Shown piece by piece: positions 50,696 through 59,318 of a stretch of 64,000 nucleotides of DNA. A program made the position numbers and the translations under genes. This DNA is from a virus, in IMG/VR virus record IMGVR_UViG_3300025093_000013, positions 48,474-112,473 of that record. One strand, given 5' to 3'. The notes under the pieces are model-generated. The model was not told the origin of the DNA. It was given only the letters and a program-made list of their open reading frames with translations, and made no database searches. Numbering within the stretch: the first letter of the stretch is position 1; the number at the start of each line of letters is the position of its first letter.

Positions 50696-51708
50696 TGTTA
50701 ATAGAAGATGTATTCATTATCGAAAACTTACAGGTCCTCAACGAAGGCAAAGGTGGTCCTATGCGAGTTCGTGGCGTTTTCCAGCGTGCAGACGAGGAGA
50801 ACAACAACAAGCGCATCTACCCCAAGGCTCTCCTTGAGCGTGAGATCAAGAAGCTAGACGAGGCCATGAGAGGTCGCCGTCTTATGGGCGAGCTTGATCA
50901 CCCTCAGCACGACAGCGTTAAGCTTTCAAATGTTTCTCACCTTATCACTAAGCTTGAAGCTAAGGGTAACGAGATTATCGGTGAGGCTGAGATCCTAGAC
51001 ACTCCCATGGGTAAGGTCGCTAAGGCACTTATCGAGGGCGGTGTTCAGGTTGGTATCTCTTCACGCGGTATGGGCACTCTCTCCGAGGGTCAGGACGGTA
51101 AGCGTTATGTCAACGAAGACTTCCGCCTTATCACCTGGGACCTAGTTGCTGATCCTTCTACCCGTGGTGCTTTCCCTTCTCTTGCTGAGTCCCGTCAAAG
51201 CGTACTCGTAGAAGAGATCATGAACGATGTTCTTCCTCGCGTGACCAAGGAGAAGGTTTTCGCTACTCTTCTTACTGAGAGCCTTAACGAGGCCAAGATG
51301 AAGAAGGCTAAGAAAGCTCCTGCCAAGAAAGGTGGCAAGAAGTTCCCTGACCTCAGTGGTGATGGTAAGGTTACCTTCAAGGACATTCTTATGGGCAGAG
51401 GTGTGATCGGTAAGGGCGAGAGAAAAGATGAAATGCAAAGCCCAGCCGCCATCCAAGCCAACAAAGAAAGAATGCGTAGAAAGATGGCAGGCATGGGACC
51501 CTCTGCTAGAAGAGCATACAAAGCTAGACATGGCATTGCGGACTCCACTCTCTTCTCTCGCGTTGGCTCTGTTCTTTCAGAGATGAACGCCCCTGAGAAG
51601 GCAAAACGAGTTATGAAGCTTTCTCCTAAGAGTCAGGCTGAACTTCATAGAAGAAAGATGGAAAGAGAAGGAAAGGATATTTACGGTAAGCCTAAGAAAA
51701 AATCATAA
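50692..51708 (+). CDS. gp21: Prohead protease (T4 gp21-like) with a long basic C-terminal extension
   Basis: GVFQRADEENNNKRIYP, GELDHP, VSHLI, ILDTPMGK, GISSRGMG, DLVADPST. Confidence 0.97.
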   Translation: MMLIEDVFIIENLQVLNEGKGGPMRVRGVFQRADEENNNKRIYPKALLEREIKKLDEAMRGRRLMGELDHPQHDSVKLSNVSHLITKLEAKGNEIIGEAEILDTPMGKVAKALIEGGVQVGISSRGMGTLSEGQDGKRYVNEDFRLITWDLVADPSTRGAFPSLAESRQSVLVEEIMNDVLPRVTKEKVFATLLTESLNEAKMKKAKKAPAKKGGKKFPDLSGDGKVTFKDILMGRGVIGKGERKDEMQSPAAIQANKERMRRKMAGMGPSARRAYKARHGIADSTLFSRVGSVLSEMNAPEKAKRVMKLSPKSQAELHRRKMEREGKDIYGKPKKKS

Positions 51709-51762
51709 AAAACGAGCACACCTATAATAACTGTATAGATAACAATAGATTGGAGTACAATC

Positions 51763-52386
51763 ATGGATAAAAAGAAAATAGAAGACATTGCTCAGTTACT
51801 TCCTGAGGGCATCACCGAGGAAACGATCACTGAAATCGCTGGTGTTATGCAGGGTTTAATTGAGGAAAGAGTACAGGAGGAAGTTAGCGATCTTACCGAC
51901 AAGGTTTTCGCTTACCTATCCATGAAGCGTCAGCAGATTCAGGAAGCCGCCCTTGAGGAGCTTCATGAGTCTAACGATGTTTACCGTGACGCACAAAGAT
52001 TCCGTGAGCTTATGGGCTTCATGGCCGTCGAGTTCCGCCCTGAGCATGTTGATGCTGAGAGTGAGAAGAGACTTGCCGAGGCATCTGAGCTTGTCGAGGA
52101 CAACGAAGTCCTCGCCCGTGAGCTTTCCGAGTCACTCAAAGAGCAAGAGCGCCTTGCTAAGACAATCCAACTGCTAGAGTCTAAGGTCTCAAAGCGTGAG
52201 TCAGAAGTTGCTTCTCTCACCGAGAGCGTTAACGCTTTAGCAGAGGAAAAAGAGACTATGTTGTTCGAGTCTACCGAGCAAGCTGTAGTCGTTACTAACA
52301 ATGTAGACGAAGAGGTTGAGGATCAAAAACTGGAAAGTATCGGAAATGAGTTCTTAACCGAAGAAATGCTCAAGCTTATGCGATGA
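51763..52386 (+). CDS. Prohead scaffold (gp22-like)
   Basis: Acidic coiled coil between protease and MCP; LTDKVFAYL; GGAG RBS, TAGATA at 51736. Confidence 0.8.
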   Translation: MDKKKIEDIAQLLPEGITEETITEIAGVMQGLIEERVQEEVSDLTDKVFAYLSMKRQQIQEAALEELHESNDVYRDAQRFRELMGFMAVEFRPEHVDAESEKRLAEASELVEDNEVLARELSESLKEQERLAKTIQLLESKVSKRESEVASLTESVNALAEEKETMLFESTEQAVVVTNNVDEEVEDQKLESIGNEFLTEEMLKLMR

Positions 52387-52411
52387 GCAATAACTAAAAG
52401 GATTTGTAGTT

Positions 52412-53929
52412 ATGGATTTAATGGAAATGGGTGCCAGTGACGACCTCGTACAGAAGTGGGGTCCTGCGCTAGACGGCATCGAAAATGATTATACTAAGAG
52501 AGTAACTGCACAACTTCTAGAAAACCAACTTAAGAGTGCCCAGCAAGAAAGCATCGATGAAGCTGCTGTTGGAACTGGTACTACTACCGTTGGTAGCCTC
52601 GGCACTTTCCAGAAGTTTGCTTTCCCTCTCGTTCGTCGGGTCTTCCCCGAACTAATCGCTAACCAACTCGTTAGCGTTCAGCCTATGAGCGGTCCCGTCT
52701 CACAGGTCTTCTACCTTGGTGCAGCTAGAGCTTACGGTTCTGACCGTGAGACTATCTACAGCAAGTACAACCTTACCTACAGAGGTCTAACCACTGGTAA
52801 GGTTCAGCCCACTACCACAGGTATTGATGTTGATGCTGGAACCTCCCCCACCTCTCAGGAACTAGGTGGTTCTGCTCTTTCAGAAGCCTTTGCTGACGGT
52901 AGCAACATGGCTTCCGCTATTGCTAATTGGCCTACTACTGCCCTTGCTCAAGGTTGGTCAGTCTCTGCTGGTGAGAAGCTTACTGGCACTGCAATTCCTG
53001 AAGTTACCCTTCAGATCGAGCAGCAGCCTGTTGTCGCTCGTACCAAGAAGATGCGTGCTCTCTGGACCCTTGAGGCTTCTCAGGACCTTAGAGCTTACCA
53101 CAACCTAGATCTTGAGCGCGAGCTTACTGATCTACTTGGTAAGGAGATTCGCCTTGAGGTTGACCGTGAGCTTATCGAGAACCTTCGTGGTCTTGCTTAC
53201 GACATCAGTGGCACCGCTGGTAGCCTCTTCAAGAAAGAGTACCTTGATCAAGCCAGCAACCAAGGTGGCATGGGTAACTTTACCAGCCCAGGCACTGCTG
53301 TCGATTCACAGTTTGGTGATTTCCTTTTCAAAGGAACTGACGGCACTGATCTTGGTCTTCCTACTTCCACCGCTGGATCCAACAAGAATGTTATCCTTGT
53401 AGACTTCGAGTCAAGTGCTCTTAACTTCGCTCCTCGTCATGTCGGTGATGTGTACGCAAACCTTCTTGCTGCCATCAACTTCGCCTCACAGGATATCTTC
53501 AAGACCACTCAGCGTGGTGCTGGTAACTGGCTTCTTTGCTCCCCCGTTGTTGCAACAATCCTTGAGACTGCTGCAAAGCTAACTGGTGGCATCGAGGCTG
53601 CTGATGGCCCAACTAACTTCGGTCCTGGCACTATCCAGTTCCGTGGTAAGTTCATGGGTCGTTACGACCTCTTCGTTGATCCTCTTTACCCAGAGGGCGA
53701 GATCATGGTCGGTTACAAGGGTGGTAACCCCATGGACGGTGGCTTCGTGTATGCTCCATACATCCCCTTCCAGGCTCTACCCACCATCACCGATCCTGAG
53801 AGCTTCCAGCCCAGAAAGGGCATCCTTACCCGTTACGGTAAGGCTGCTGTTGCACCAGCTTCCAGATTCTACAGAATCATTAGACTCGTAGGCGCTGATA
53901 GCTTGTTCAACCCCTTCCTTGAGAAGTGA
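52412..53929 (+). CDS. gp23: Major capsid protein (T4 gp23-like)
   Basis: LVQKW, TAQLLENQ, PLVRRVFPELIA, VQPMSGP, WTLEASQDLRAYH, EVDRE, YAPYIP, DPESFQPRKGILTRYG. Confidence 0.98.
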   Translation: MDLMEMGASDDLVQKWGPALDGIENDYTKRVTAQLLENQLKSAQQESIDEAAVGTGTTTVGSLGTFQKFAFPLVRRVFPELIANQLVSVQPMSGPVSQVFYLGAARAYGSDRETIYSKYNLTYRGLTTGKVQPTTTGIDVDAGTSPTSQELGGSALSEAFADGSNMASAIANWPTTALAQGWSVSAGEKLTGTAIPEVTLQIEQQPVVARTKKMRALWTLEASQDLRAYHNLDLERELTDLLGKEIRLEVDRELIENLRGLAYDISGTAGSLFKKEYLDQASNQGGMGNFTSPGTAVDSQFGDFLFKGTDGTDLGLPTSTAGSNKNVILVDFESSALNFAPRHVGDVYANLLAAINFASQDIFKTTQRGAGNWLLCSPVVATILETAAKLTGGIEAADGPTNFGPGTIQFRGKFMGRYDLFVDPLYPEGEIMVGYKGGNPMDGGFVYAPYIPFQALPTITDPESFQPRKGILTRYGKAAVAPASRFYRIIRLVGADSLFNPFLEK

Positions 53930-53948
53930 TAAGGACTGATACCTAAAC

Positions 53949-53987
53949 CTGCCCACTCCTCAAAATCAGAGGAGTGGGCAGTTTTTT
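53949..53987 (+). terminator. Rho-independent terminator after MCP
   Basis: 13-bp perfect stem CTGCCCACTCCTC/GAGGAGTGGGCAG, 7-nt loop, followed by TTTTTT. Confidence 0.92.
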
Positions 53988-54009
53988 ATTATGAGAACTA
54001 TATATAACT

Positions 54010-54216
54010 ATGAAGTATAAATACAGGAGCACTTGTAGGTTCCCAGTCTTGCTTGAAATATCAAACGAGTTGGTACAGGTAAGACCGAATCAGGTTGTTG
54101 AGAGTGATACTGAACTTAAGTACAGTATGCTCAAAGAAATAGTAAGTGAGCCTGTAAAACCCAGACGAACTAGAAGAAAGAAGGAGGACTCAGATGGTCG
54201 CGGTCGTATATCCTAA
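54010..54216 (+). CDS. Small hypothetical protein before neck genes
   Basis: TATATA at 53999 just upstream; basic tail; overlaps the gp13 start. Confidence 0.65.
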   Translation: MKYKYRSTCRFPVLLEISNELVQVRPNQVVESDTELKYSMLKEIVSEPVKPRRTRRKKEDSDGRGRIS

Positions 54217-55066
54217 GGTTACTGGTTATGGGAACAGTTTTACAAATGTCGCCAGCGACAAGTTAGGTGAACACAATCCTCCTTTTGCAGGAGAGATAGA
54301 TTTAGAGAACCTTAATAAGACCAAGCAGTCTGATGTAGTCGAGTTCTCTAACTTCGAGGAGCAAATAAGAGATTATGTTCTGGCTGCTCTTGGTCATCCA
54401 GTCGTAAGAGTTGAGCTAACAGACCATCAACTTAGACTTTGCATGGATGAGGCTATCACAGAGCTTGATTACCACGCTCCTCACTTCACAAGACAATTCG
54501 CTGCGTTCTGCACTTCTGCTAATTACAATGTGTATGCGATCCCTCCTTACATCTTGAAGAACCTTACTTATGTTACCTTCAAGAAAAGCCTGCTCTCCAT
54601 TCAGTCCCAGGCAGGAACACTTGAGTTCGATTTCTTCATCAAGTATTTCCAAGACAACTACCTATTTGATAACTTTTCAATAGGTGATTACTACCTTCTA
54701 CAGTCTACCCTAGAAACTACACGAAGGGTTCTGAGCCAAGACGGTGGATGGGACATTATCGATGGTCAGTTCTTGCAGCTATACCCCATCCCTTCTGTGG
54801 GTGATGTAGCCATCTTGGAATTCAGAGGATTAAACTCTAGGACCATGACACCTAAGATGCAGAACTGGCTGCAAAAATATTCAACTGCCTGTGCAAAGAT
54901 GCTTCTAGGCCAGATCAGAGGTAAGTTTGCTGTAGTCCCAGGTCCAGGGGGAGGCACTCAACTAAATGGTGCAGCCCTTGTACAAGAAGCAATGCAAGAA
55001 AAGCAAGCTCTGAAAGACGAGCTAATGAACGAGGTTGAAGAACCTCCCATGTTTACTACAGGCTGA
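54194..55066 (+). CDS. gp13: Neck protein gp13-like
   Basis: LGHPVVRVELTDHQL...DEA, LGQIRGKF, PGPGGGTQLNG, PPMFTTG. Confidence 0.9.
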   Translation: MVAVVYPKVTGYGNSFTNVASDKLGEHNPPFAGEIDLENLNKTKQSDVVEFSNFEEQIRDYVLAALGHPVVRVELTDHQLRLCMDEAITELDYHAPHFTRQFAAFCTSANYNVYAIPPYILKNLTYVTFKKSLLSIQSQAGTLEFDFFIKYFQDNYLFDNFSIGDYYLLQSTLETTRRVLSQDGGWDIIDGQFLQLYPIPSVGDVAILEFRGLNSRTMTPKMQNWLQKYSTACAKMLLGQIRGKFAVVPGPGGGTQLNGAALVQEAMQEKQALKDELMNEVEEPPMFTTG

Positions 55067-55629
55067 TGGCAAAGAGATTCAAAGTAAATAGACAAATGGA
55101 CAACCTTCCTAGAGTGGAAGGCGCTACTCCTTTATCTTTTTACGATCCCAACAACCCTGATGTTAACCTTTTCAATCTTGTAGATGATGAGCTTATTAGA
55201 ATATCAGGGTCTCCATTGCATTACTTTAAGTCCTTTATCAACGAAGATTATGACGATGTGTATTTAGAGGCTAGGAATAAGACTGTAGCATCCGAGCCCT
55301 TATTAGTTCATGGATATTACGAACCTTCTGTTGTAGAGGAGGTTCTATCCAACTTCGGTATTGAGCTTACAAACGACCAGCAGTTCGTGTTTAACAAGTC
55401 CTACATTGAGAATGCTCTTAGACGAGGACCTGAGATTGGAGATCAAATAAGACCACAGTTCCAGAACCAGAAATACGAGATCACCGAGGTTCAGGAAGAC
55501 AGCTTTGAAATGTACGGCGTATATCACATCGTATGCACCGCAAGACTCCTCCGCGAAGATGAAGGAACCTTGAACCAGCCTACCACAGACAGGGCTGACG
55601 ATGTAGGAGGCTACTTAGATCTTGAGTGA
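55066..55629 (+). CDS. gp14: Neck protein gp14-like
   Basis: ELIRISG-x-x-x-x-YF, DDVYLE, LSNFGIELT, PEIGDQI, YEITEV. Confidence 0.85.
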   Translation: MAKRFKVNRQMDNLPRVEGATPLSFYDPNNPDVNLFNLVDDELIRISGSPLHYFKSFINEDYDDVYLEARNKTVASEPLLVHGYYEPSVVEEVLSNFGIELTNDQQFVFNKSYIENALRRGPEIGDQIRPQFQNQKYEITEVQEDSFEMYGVYHIVCTARLLREDEGTLNQPTTDRADDVGGYLDLE

Positions 55630-56332
55630 TAGATATTACGAGTTTACGACAAAGGACAATACAGTATATCAAACTCCTGAGACTGGGTATGGTTATCTAA
55701 AAGATAAGGTAACCAAGATGTCCAAGAGTTTAAATATGACATCTAGAGTATACAAGGAGATGCTTAGATCCTTGTTGTCTGAGATACAGCTTGGATACAT
55801 TAACGACGAATCTGAGTATATAAATGTTAAGCTGCACCACGGTAGACAGGAACGAGCCGTAGCAAAGAAGTTTCAAGAGAACAATATTGTCCTACCCTAC
55901 TCCACGATTTTCCAAGCAGGAGTTTTATCGGACGATAATAAGCGTCGATACAGAGATGTGTTATTGTACAATTCTGTTTGGGATGACAAGGCTCAGAGGG
56001 CTGAAAGGGTAGTTAGTCTTTGTGATGTTCCTGTCATTTCTCAGTACACATTGAGTGTTTGGGCTAAGTATGTCTCGGACTTAGATCAGATTGCAGCCAC
56101 TCTAAGGTCTCAGTTCAATCCAGATCTTATCCTAGAAACGCCCTACGCTAACAATGTAAAGGCGTTCCTAGCTGAGGAGTCTGATATCTCTGCGGTGGAA
56201 GTTGGTGATAAGGAGGATAGGCTAATACAAAAGACATTTAATATAAATGTGGAGTCCTACATCCAAAGCCCTCGATTCAAGGTTACCTCAACAGGCAAGA
56301 TCATTCAGGTCAACACCGAGATTTGGATATAA
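55622..56332 (+). CDS. gp15: Tail terminator/sheath stabiliser gp15-like
   Basis: Position; GRQERA, IVLP, PV-x-x-x-YTLSVWAKYVSDLDQI...FNP. Confidence 0.75.
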   Translation: MSDRYYEFTTKDNTVYQTPETGYGYLKDKVTKMSKSLNMTSRVYKEMLRSLLSEIQLGYINDESEYINVKLHHGRQERAVAKKFQENNIVLPYSTIFQAGVLSDDNKRRYRDVLLYNSVWDDKAQRAERVVSLCDVPVISQYTLSVWAKYVSDLDQIAATLRSQFNPDLILETPYANNVKAFLAEESDISAVEVGDKEDRLIQKTFNINVESYIQSPRFKVTSTGKIIQVNTEIWI

Positions 56333-56383
56333 AATTAGATAAAACCGCATCCACAAGTCCTAGATATACTTAGGAGATCGAAA

Positions 56384-56560
56384 ATGAAGTCCATTACAAA
56401 CGACAGTTTACAATCATTTGAAATCTACTTGAAGTACCCTACGGGTACTAAGAGTGTTTTTATAGGGCCAAAGGAGACTATTGTGGTTCCCGCTAACTCT
56501 ATCACAAAACAGTGTGACAATCTTAACTTTAGAAAAATTCTTAGAATAAGAACAGTGTGA
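56384..56560 (+). CDS. Small protein (58 aa) upstream of sheath; below ORF-track cutoff
   Basis: TAGATA at 56361, AGGAG RBS; MKSITNDSLQSFEIYLKYPTGTKSVFIGPKETIVVPANSITKQCDNLNFRKILRIRTV*. Confidence 0.85.
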   Translation: MKSITNDSLQSFEIYLKYPTGTKSVFIGPKETIVVPANSITKQCDNLNFRKILRIRTV

Positions 56561-56570
56561 GGAATAAATC

Positions 56571-58616
56571 ATGGCAAAGTATGTGAGTCCTGGAGTATAT
56601 GTTGTCGAGAACGATAACAGTGATTATGTACCTTCTATCAACCCCAGTGTGGTTGGTATTGTAGGCTTTGCAAGCAAGGGTCCAACCGATAAGGCAACAC
56701 TTATCACTGATGAAGCAAGCTTAATCTCTACCTTCGGGGAGCCCCTCGCTGAGTCTAAGAATGGTGGTCAAGGTATTGAAGGTGGTGTAGAGGTTCTCGA
56801 AACCACTAACTCACTTTACTTTGTTAGAGCCGCTGATGGTGGTGACGAGGCCAGTGCTGGTGTTGATTACGGTGTCTGTCCTGCTGTTGGCCTTTCTAGC
56901 AACATTGGAGATACTCAAGCTGCTTACCTAAAGATATCAGTAAAGAACTCAGCAGGCACTCAACAGTACACAACTCCTCTTGAGGTCTTTGTCTCTGCTG
57001 CTGGCGACCAAGAAGCCGCTCTTAATTCAGCTTTTGGCAGCCAAATTGAAGCAGCTAAGATTAATCATATTAGAGTCGATGGTAATTCCTTCCTTGTTGG
57101 TGGTTGGGCTGGAAGTTCAACAGAACTAATTGTCTCAGCCTTCTCTGATGCCGCTTACACCACTGGCTTTTCAGGAGTTATACCACTGTCTTCTACAGGA
57201 ACAGGAGCCTACAACACCCCAGATGCTAGTCTTCAGGCTTGCTCAGTCACAGCCGCTGGATTAACCCTCTCTGACATGAAATACAAAGTAGAAAGTATCT
57301 ATGTTGGAACTGGGTACAACTACACTACAAAGGCTGATGGTTCTATCGCTGGAAACAGGGTTACTATTTCTACCACAGGTGGAACAAAGAACCAACTCTT
57401 TGTCGAGGAGGATGGTGTAACTCTTGAAGACTTCACAGTAGGCACCGTCGAAGATGACGATTTCATTGAAGACGAAATCAACACGGGTTCTACTGATCTT
57501 AAATCAAGTATTATCAAAGGCAACATTTTTGTTGATGGCGCTGATGTTACTACCACTGCTCTTACTGCTTACGGTGGCAAGGTGTCTGCTCTTGTCGGAT
57601 CGAATGTTGACGGTAATGGTGCCGCAGACATTAACCCAAGATTCGTTAAGCTCGTAGATGGTTCTTACCAATTAGCCAACGGAACCGATGGTATCCCATC
57701 TGCCTCCAATGATAAGGCAACTGCTCTTATCGGTGTTGATAACGACACGGGTAAGACTGGTATGCAGGTCCTTAACGATGATCTTATCGGTGTTACTGTG
57801 GCTGCTGTCCCTGGCTTTACCACAGAGAGCGTTCAGAACGCCCTAGTAACGCTTGCAGAGAGCACTAACCTCTTCCTTGCACTTCTGTCACCTCCTTACG
57901 GTATTACGAAGACACAGGACGCTATAGACTGGTCAAACGGCCTAGGTTACGGCATCACAGGTAACAGAAACAGTGCCCTCAACTCATCCTACGCTGCTAT
58001 TTACTGGCCTTGGGTTAAAGTGTTCGACGCATTCTCAGGAAAGGACAAATACTACGACCCAGTAATCTTTGCTATGCGTCAAATGTGCTTCACTGATAGT
58101 GTTGCAGAGGCATGGTTTGCTCCCGCTGGTCTAAACAGGGGTAGACTTACCAAGCCCACCGAGGTCGAGGTAACTCTTACCCAAGGTGACCGTGACGCAA
58201 TGTACAGCGGTGGTAATGTTATCAACCCAATCGTTAACTTCCCACAGCAGGGCATCGCAATCTACGGTCAGAGAACCACACAAAGAAAGCCAAGTGCTCT
58301 TGACAGAGTAAATGTTCGCAGACTAATGATCATCATTAGAAAGCTAGTCCTTCAGTCTACTGCACAGTTCGCTTTCGAGCCTAACGATCCTGTAACTTGG
58401 GATCAGGTCAAGGGCCTTATTACCCAGCTTCTAGATCCTATCAGAAGAGGCCGTGGTATCACCAGCTATCAGGTTGTTTGTGACTCAACCACAAACACTC
58501 CTGCCAGAATCGAGAAGGGTCAGCTATGGTGTAAGGTATACATCAGACCCACCAAGACTGCCGAGGTTGTTGTCTTCGAGCTAAACCTCACTGGTCAATC
58601 TGTAACTACTACATAA
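56571..58616 (+). CDS. gp18: Contractile tail sheath protein (gp18-like)
   Basis: SPGVYVVE, GIVGFASKGP, YAAIYWPW, WFAPAGLNRG, INPI, ALDRVNVRRL, FEPND. Confidence 0.97.
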   Translation: MAKYVSPGVYVVENDNSDYVPSINPSVVGIVGFASKGPTDKATLITDEASLISTFGEPLAESKNGGQGIEGGVEVLETTNSLYFVRAADGGDEASAGVDYGVCPAVGLSSNIGDTQAAYLKISVKNSAGTQQYTTPLEVFVSAAGDQEAALNSAFGSQIEAAKINHIRVDGNSFLVGGWAGSSTELIVSAFSDAAYTTGFSGVIPLSSTGTGAYNTPDASLQACSVTAAGLTLSDMKYKVESIYVGTGYNYTTKADGSIAGNRVTISTTGGTKNQLFVEEDGVTLEDFTVGTVEDDDFIEDEINTGSTDLKSSIIKGNIFVDGADVTTTALTAYGGKVSALVGSNVDGNGAADINPRFVKLVDGSYQLANGTDGIPSASNDKATALIGVDNDTGKTGMQVLNDDLIGVTVAAVPGFTTESVQNALVTLAESTNLFLALLSPPYGITKTQDAIDWSNGLGYGITGNRNSALNSSYAAIYWPWVKVFDAFSGKDKYYDPVIFAMRQMCFTDSVAEAWFAPAGLNRGRLTKPTEVEVTLTQGDRDAMYSGGNVINPIVNFPQQGIAIYGQRTTQRKPSALDRVNVRRLMIIIRKLVLQSTAQFAFEPNDPVTWDQVKGLITQLLDPIRRGRGITSYQVVCDSTTNTPARIEKGQLWCKVYIRPTKTAEVVVFELNLTGQSVTTT

Positions 58617-58633
58617 TAACGGAGGCATAATAA

Positions 58634-59254
58634 ATGGCAAGCCAATTTTTAGATCGTGAGAAAAGGAATCTTTCTGAACCAGGACTTCCTTTCATTTCAA
58701 CGGAACTAGATTCCGTAAGGTCCTATCAGTGGGAGTTCAGTCTGTTTATTCCTGAGGGTTTCCCAGGCAACAGTGTTAACTTCTCACGCGCAATTACTCT
58801 CGGTGCCAAGCAAATCAGCACCTTCGGTTTTGAGTACGAAGACATCGAAGTTAACAGAATGAACGATAAGGTCTACTACCCTGGTAAGATTGGGCAGCAA
58901 GAGCTTACCGTCACATTCGATAACCTTCTTAACTTCAAAGAGGGTAGACTTCTCCTAGACTATGTTGGTACTGTTTACAGCCAGCGTACTGGTAAGTCTT
59001 TCACTCCTGACACCTACAAGACCAAGGCTCGTATTCGTGAGTTCAACGGTGCTGGCGAGATCCAGTCCGTCATTGATCTCATCGGTTGCTACCCCAAGTC
59101 TTACACCAGAAGTGAGAAGAACTACAGCACCTCTGAGTTCGACACCATCGAGATGAAGTTCCGCTACGACTTCATCGAAGTTTACAACGGTGAGGTCGAG
59201 ACTCCTGAGGGTGTCATTGGAAACCTAGGTGGTACTTCAACTATCGCTCCCTGA
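58634..59254 (+). CDS. gp19: Tail tube protein (gp19-like)
   Basis: Follows sheath; RSYQWEF, YYPGK, LTVTF, YK, LIGCYP, FRYD. Confidence 0.9.
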   Translation: MASQFLDREKRNLSEPGLPFISTELDSVRSYQWEFSLFIPEGFPGNSVNFSRAITLGAKQISTFGFEYEDIEVNRMNDKVYYPGKIGQQELTVTFDNLLNFKEGRLLLDYVGTVYSQRTGKSFTPDTYKTKARIREFNGAGEIQSVIDLIGCYPKSYTRSEKNYSTSEFDTIEMKFRYDFIEVYNGEVETPEGVIGNLGGTSTIAP

Positions 59255-59273
59255 CACATAATCAATCCTTCTT

Positions 59274-59307
59274 GACCCAACCCAGCGTTTGTTGGGTTGG
59301 GTCTTTT
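59274..59307 (+). terminator. Rho-independent terminator after tube gene
   Basis: Stem GACCCAACCCAGC/GTTGGGTTGGGTC (one G-U pair), 4-nt loop, TTTT. Confidence 0.9.
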
Positions 59308-59318
59308 AATATAATACA

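Noticed and set aside
1176-58616. Introns or inteins in terminase, portal, helicase, primase, MCP or sheath
   Set aside because: Lengths are normal, motifs are contiguous and no HINT or homing endonuclease motifs were seen
16469-59254. Bacterial eCIS/T6SS/tailocin locus
   Set aside because: Capsid, portal, terminase and replication genes show it is a genuine phage
49307-59318. tRNA or structured ncRNA in intergenic gaps
   Set aside because: Gaps are about 80 bp or less and explained by promoters, terminators and a small ORF; no cloverleaf or T-loop signature seen
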